Shown: positions 60,363 through 64,000 of the stretch, piece after piece
How positions within the stretch are numbered: position 1 is the first letter of the stretch
How the letters are laid out: each line of letters begins with the position of its first letter
Source of the DNA: a bacterium
Lineage (GTDB): Bacteria > SAR324 > NAC60-12
Length of the DNA stretch: 64,000 nt
Assembly (NCBI GenBank): GCA_965205865.1
Contig: CBDBHR010000030.1
Location: 1,216,001 to 1,280,000, forward strand
Direction of reading: 5' to 3'
Notes under the pieces: model-generated
The model's database searches: none
Told to the model about the DNA's origin: nothing
What the model saw: the letters and a program-made list of their open reading frames with translations, nothing else
Position numbers and translations under genes: made by a program

Positions 60363-61679
60363 ATGACAAGCCAACATCTCGAAACACCGCCTCCTTTTCA
60401 AGACCAAATTGTTTTGCAACCCTTTCGCAGGATATCAGGTAAGGTTGTCCTGCCAGGCTCCAAAAGCCTCTGCAATCGAATTTTAGTGCTCAGCATGCTG
60501 GCCAGGGGAACGACCCGCGTGCAAAACCTGTTGGACAGTGAAGATGTCCGCCACATGGTGGAGGCATTGCGCAGCCTGCATATTCCAATCCGGGAAAACC
60601 GGGAGGAGCATGAGATCGGCATCACCGGATGTGGAGGAAAAATCCCCGTGGAAGGGGCAAAATTGTTTTTGGGCAACTCCGGAACCACCATGCGTTCTTT
60701 GACGGCGGCAATGTCTATCGGACGAGGTCGATTTGTCTTGGATGGTATTGCCCGTATGCGAGAACGACCAATCATCGATCTGGTGGAGGGCTTGCGGCAA
60801 CTGGGAGTTCGGGTCCGCTGCCTCGAGGGAACAGATTGTCCTCCGGTGGAGATCAACGCATCGGGGATGCCGGGAGGAACCGCGCATGTGAGTGGAGCGA
60901 TCAGCAGTCAATATCTTTCTGCTCTTCTCATGGTAGCCCCTTATGCCCACAACGAGGTGCGGATTGTCATCAAAGACCACTTGGTCTCCCAACCTTACGC
61001 GCAAATGACTTTGAAACTAATGGCTCACTTTGGCGTCGAAGTCGAACATGACCATTTTCAGGAATTCCATATCAAGGGAAAACAATCCTACCAATCTCCC
61101 GGTACCATAAACGTGGAAGGCGATGCTTCCTCTGCTTCTTATTTTTTAGGGGGAGCAGCCGTCACGGGGGGGCGGGTAACCGTTGAAGGATGCGGTTCCG
61201 ACAGCATTCAGGGGGATGTCCATTTTGCCGGGATTCTGGAACGGATGGGAGCCAAGGCCAACTGGGAAGCTCATGCCATTACCCTGCAAGGCGACCGATT
61301 GCGCGGTATCGACGTGGATATGAACGCCATGCCGGACGTTGCCATGACTTTGGCCGTTGTAGCGCTCTTCGCGGAAGGCCCGACGGCGATCCGCAATATT
61401 TACAATTGGCGCGTCAAAGAAACCGAAAGGATCAAAGCGGTGAGTACCGAATTGCGAAAATTGGGAGCGCTGGTGGAAGAAGGCGAAGACTACATCGTCA
61501 TCACTCCTCCACCGCAGATTCAGTCGGCAGTGATTGATACCTATGGGGACCATCGCATGGCCATGGCATTTTCCCTCGCCGCCTGCGGTCCGGTTCCGGT
61601 CATCATCAACAACCCTCGATGCGTCGCTAAAACCTTTCCTCGTTATTTTGAGCTTCTCTTTACCCTGGTCGACCAATAA
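60363..61679 (+). CDS. aroA: 3-phosphoshikimate 1-carboxyvinyltransferase (EPSP synthase)
   Basis: [37 protein letters not shown] and DHRMAM motifs. Confidence 0.97.
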   Translation: MTSQHLETPPPFQDQIVLQPFRRISGKVVLPGSKSLCNRILVLSMLARGTTRVQNLLDSEDVRHMVEALRSLHIPIRENREEHEIGITGCGGKIPVEGAKLFLGNSGTTMRSLTAAMSIGRGRFVLDGIARMRERPIIDLVEGLRQLGVRVRCLEGTDCPPVEINASGMPGGTAHVSGAISSQYLSALLMVAPYAHNEVRIVIKDHLVSQPYAQMTLKLMAHFGVEVEHDHFQEFHIKGKQSYQSPGTINVEGDASSASYFLGGAAVTGGRVTVEGCGSDSIQGDVHFAGILERMGAKANWEAHAITLQGDRLRGIDVDMNAMPDVAMTLAVVALFAEGPTAIRNIYNWRVKETERIKAVSTELRKLGALVEEGEDYIVITPPPQIQSAVIDTYGDHRMAMAFSLAACGPVPVIINNPRCVAKTFPRYFELLFTLVDQ

Positions 61680-61787
61680 TGGGAAGCGAGCGCCAATCCC
61701 CGAGAGAGACCGTCCCGCACCCTACGGTGGCATAGGACGATCATATTGATTCCGCCCTGGCCGATTGGCTGGACATATAAATAAAAA

Positions 61788-61992
61788 AGGAATAAGGTGC
61801 GTTGCAATCTTGGGTGTTCTTTTCTGTTTCTATTTGGAAATAGGGGAATGAAAAGGGAATCCCGTGCGATTCGGGAACTGTCCTCGCAACTGTGATCGGG
61901 TAATGCCAAAGCGAAACCACTGGAAGTTGGCGCAATGTAAACCTCTGGGAAGACGCTTTGGAAGAGTCCTGAAAGTCAGGAGACCTGCCTGA
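61788..61992 (+). ncRNA. Cobalamin riboswitch
   Basis: AAGGTG...AAAAGGGAATCCCGTGCGATTCGGGAACTGTCCTCGCAACTGT...CCACTG...GGGAAG...AGTCAGGAGACCTGCC (B12 box), upstream of an ABC importer. Confidence 0.93.
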
Positions 61993-62200
61993 GAGGAATC
62001 CAATGTCCGGCTATTCGAGGCAAATAGTGGTTGGAGTTCTATACCGCCGTCCAAGTACGTTCTGGCCGTTATAGCGACTCACCTGATCTTGCTCTCCTCC
62101 TGATAGTCCTGTTGGGTAGTTTTGTTTTCAAGAATTCGCATCGATCCTGGTGACAGGCGATGCGACTGATTTAAAGTAATTCCACGTCCAATGGTAGGTT

Positions 62201-63178
62201 TTGAAAACCATCAGTTCATGGAGACGGCGGCTTTTTCCAATAATAGCCTCCATCGTTTTGCAATGGGGCTATTCTGCTCTTGCATCAGCCTCTGATTTTC
62301 CCGTATCGGTTAGTAGTTGCGGTGAAACAACCACTTACGCGCAGGCGCCAAAACGGGCGGTTTCCAATGACATCAATATGGCTGAAATCATGCTCCGTTT
62401 GGGATTGGAAGACCGCATGGCGGGCATCAGTGGAGTGGCGGCACGCCATCCAATTCTGCCTTCGTTGGAAGCCGCTTATCAAAAAGTGCCTCAGATCTCG
62501 ACGCATTATCCTTCCATGGAAAACCTCTTGGGCGCCGATCCGGATTTCGTGTTCGCAGGCTGGAATTACGGATTCAATGAAGGGGGGATCACCCCGGCAA
62601 AACTGAAGAAGATGGGTATTGATAGCTACGTGTTGAGCGAGTCCTGTATTCGAATTATGAAACTGAAATCGGTCACTATGGAAGACACCTATCGAGACAT
62701 TATCAATATTGGGAAAATCTTTGGAATCGAAGAAAAGGCGCAAAAACTGGTGGCGCAATTCCGTAACCGGGTAAAAGCCGTAGGGCGAGTCACGAAGCTG
62801 AAAAAAAAGGTGAGAGTCTTTGTCTATGATAGCGGGCAAGATACCCCTTATACAGCCGGCAGCTTTGGTATTCCTAATACCCTGATTCGACTCGCCGGTG
62901 GAGATCATATTTTCAAGGATCTGGATCAAAATTGGACCACGGTGAGTTGGGAGCAAATCGTCAGCCGCAATCCACAAGTGATCGTTATTGTCGACTATGG
63001 AACACCGGATGCGGAAGCTAAGAAAATTTTTTTACTGAATCATAATGCGTTGCAGGAAGTGGAGGCGATTCAAAATAAGCGATTCGTGGTTCTTCCTTAT
63101 GCGGCGGCAACTCCTGGAATTCGCAATGCCAAGGCCATTGTCATGCTTGCCAAAAACTTTTATCCGGAGCTGTTTTGA
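62201..63178 (+). CDS. Periplasmic binding protein, BtuF/FepB class (probably cobalamin or related)
   Basis: Signal peptide; E.LL...PDFV and VSWEQI...NPQVIVI motifs; riboswitch context. Confidence 0.85.
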   Translation: MKTISSWRRRLFPIIASIVLQWGYSALASASDFPVSVSSCGETTTYAQAPKRAVSNDINMAEIMLRLGLEDRMAGISGVAARHPILPSLEAAYQKVPQISTHYPSMENLLGADPDFVFAGWNYGFNEGGITPAKLKKMGIDSYVLSESCIRIMKLKSVTMEDTYRDIINIGKIFGIEEKAQKLVAQFRNRVKAVGRVTKLKKKVRVFVYDSGQDTPYTAGSFGIPNTLIRLAGGDHIFKDLDQNWTTVSWEQIVSRNPQVIVIVDYGTPDAEAKKIFLLNHNALQEVEAIQNKRFVVLPYAAATPGIRNAKAIVMLAKNFYPELF

Positions 63179-63245
63179 TCTCTTCGGAGGGGCTGACCAG
63201 CATCAGAAAAGAAATTGCCCCTCACGAATTTCAATGAAGGTCGAT

Positions 63246-64000
63246 ATGAAAGCCAAATACTCCGCACTTCCGCACCGCCCCCTGAAAAGCTCGGCAACAC
63301 CGGCATTTCTCAAAGCTTTGACGGAGGAAAAACGTCACTTGAAAATCTGGCTTTTGCTGTTAACGAGCGGACTATTGCTCTCCGTTATATTGGCAATCGC
63401 CATTGGCTCGGTTGCCATTCCCGTTTTGCGTGTTTGGGAAATCGTGGCGCACCCGCTTTTTCCGGATTGGATCGAAAAAGACTGGCCGGGGTTTCAAAAT
63501 GGCATTGTTTGGAATATCCGCTTGCCCCGCGTATTTTTAGGAGCGATTGTCGGGGCCGGTTTGACGCTGGTCGGAATCACCATGCAGACCCTGGTGCGTA
63601 ACCCCCTGGCCGATCCGTACTTGTTGGGAATTTCCTCTGGCGCCTCCGTGGGCGCTGTCTGCGTCATCCTCTTTGGCCCTTTGATTCTGGGGCAATATGC
63701 GCTGCCTGTGGCGGCCTTTATGGGCGCATTATTGGCATTGGTGGCAGTATTCCTCATTGCCCGGCAATCCGGACAACTCTCACCGATTCGATTGATTCTG
63801 GCAGGGATTGCCACTGCTTTTGTGTTTTCATCGATCACCAATTTTTTGATTTTTCAAGCAAAAGACCACAGTGCCGCCCGTCAAGTTCTATTTTGGATGC
63901 TGGGGGGACTGGGTAATGCCCAATGGGAACAATTGGCGGTACCGTTCCTGGCATTGGCGCTGGTCGCTTTTTTTCTGATGAGCCAATCCAAGGCGATGAA
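63246..64000 (+). CDS. FecCD/BtuC family ABC permease, partial (runs off the window end)
   Basis: Manual translation from ATG 63246 gives IVWNIRLPRV...MQTLVRNPLADPYLLGISSGAS...FWMLGGL. Confidence 0.9.
   Translation, partial: MKAKYSALPHRPLKSSATPAFLKALTEEKRHLKIWLLLLTSGLLLSVILAIAIGSVAIPVLRVWEIVAHPLFPDWIEKDWPGFQNGIVWNIRLPRVFLGAIVGAGLTLVGITMQTLVRNPLADPYLLGISSGASVGAVCVILFGPLILGQYALPVAAFMGALLALVAVFLIARQSGQLSPIRLILAGIATAFVFSSITNFLIFQAKDHSAARQVLFWMLGGLGNAQWEQLAVPFLALALVAFFLMSQSKAM

Overview
Bacterial chromosomal window. Gene content suggests a Gram-negative deltaproteobacterium-like organism, possibly SAR324-like; this is inference, not a database result. The backbone is moderate-GC housekeeping DNA: hemL (frameshifted), an M16/pitrilysin peptidase, a NUDIX-MBL fusion, two tandem XRE regulators, pncA, pncB, trkH, thiN, a CIRCE-controlled hrcA-grpE-dnaK-dnaJ operon, traB, recJ, ccr, chaC, hslO, a 7-gene MoxR/VWA locus, aroA, and a cobalamin riboswitch ahead of btuF/btuC-like genes. 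Three visibly GC-richer, paralogous peptide/nickel-type ABC cassettes (SBP-permease B-permease C, no ATPase) are inserted; two are decaying and meet tail-to-tail across a vapBC fragment. The most striking signal is a set of small palindromic elements. A 377-bp unit holds only a 94-aa GIY-YIG nuclease gene between two perfect 29-bp inverted hairpin repeats (TGTCATTCC...GGAATGACA). About eight gene-less relatives of that repeat occur elsewhere in the window, one with a compensatory stem change. Several are nested inside MITEs with IS982-like or IS630-like ends, and three copies of one MITE grow stepwise (210/232/247 bp) by hairpin-in-loop insertion. I propose this as a candidate REP/RAYT-like system driven by a GIY-YIG nuclease. 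No CRISPR array, tRNA or rRNA was seen.
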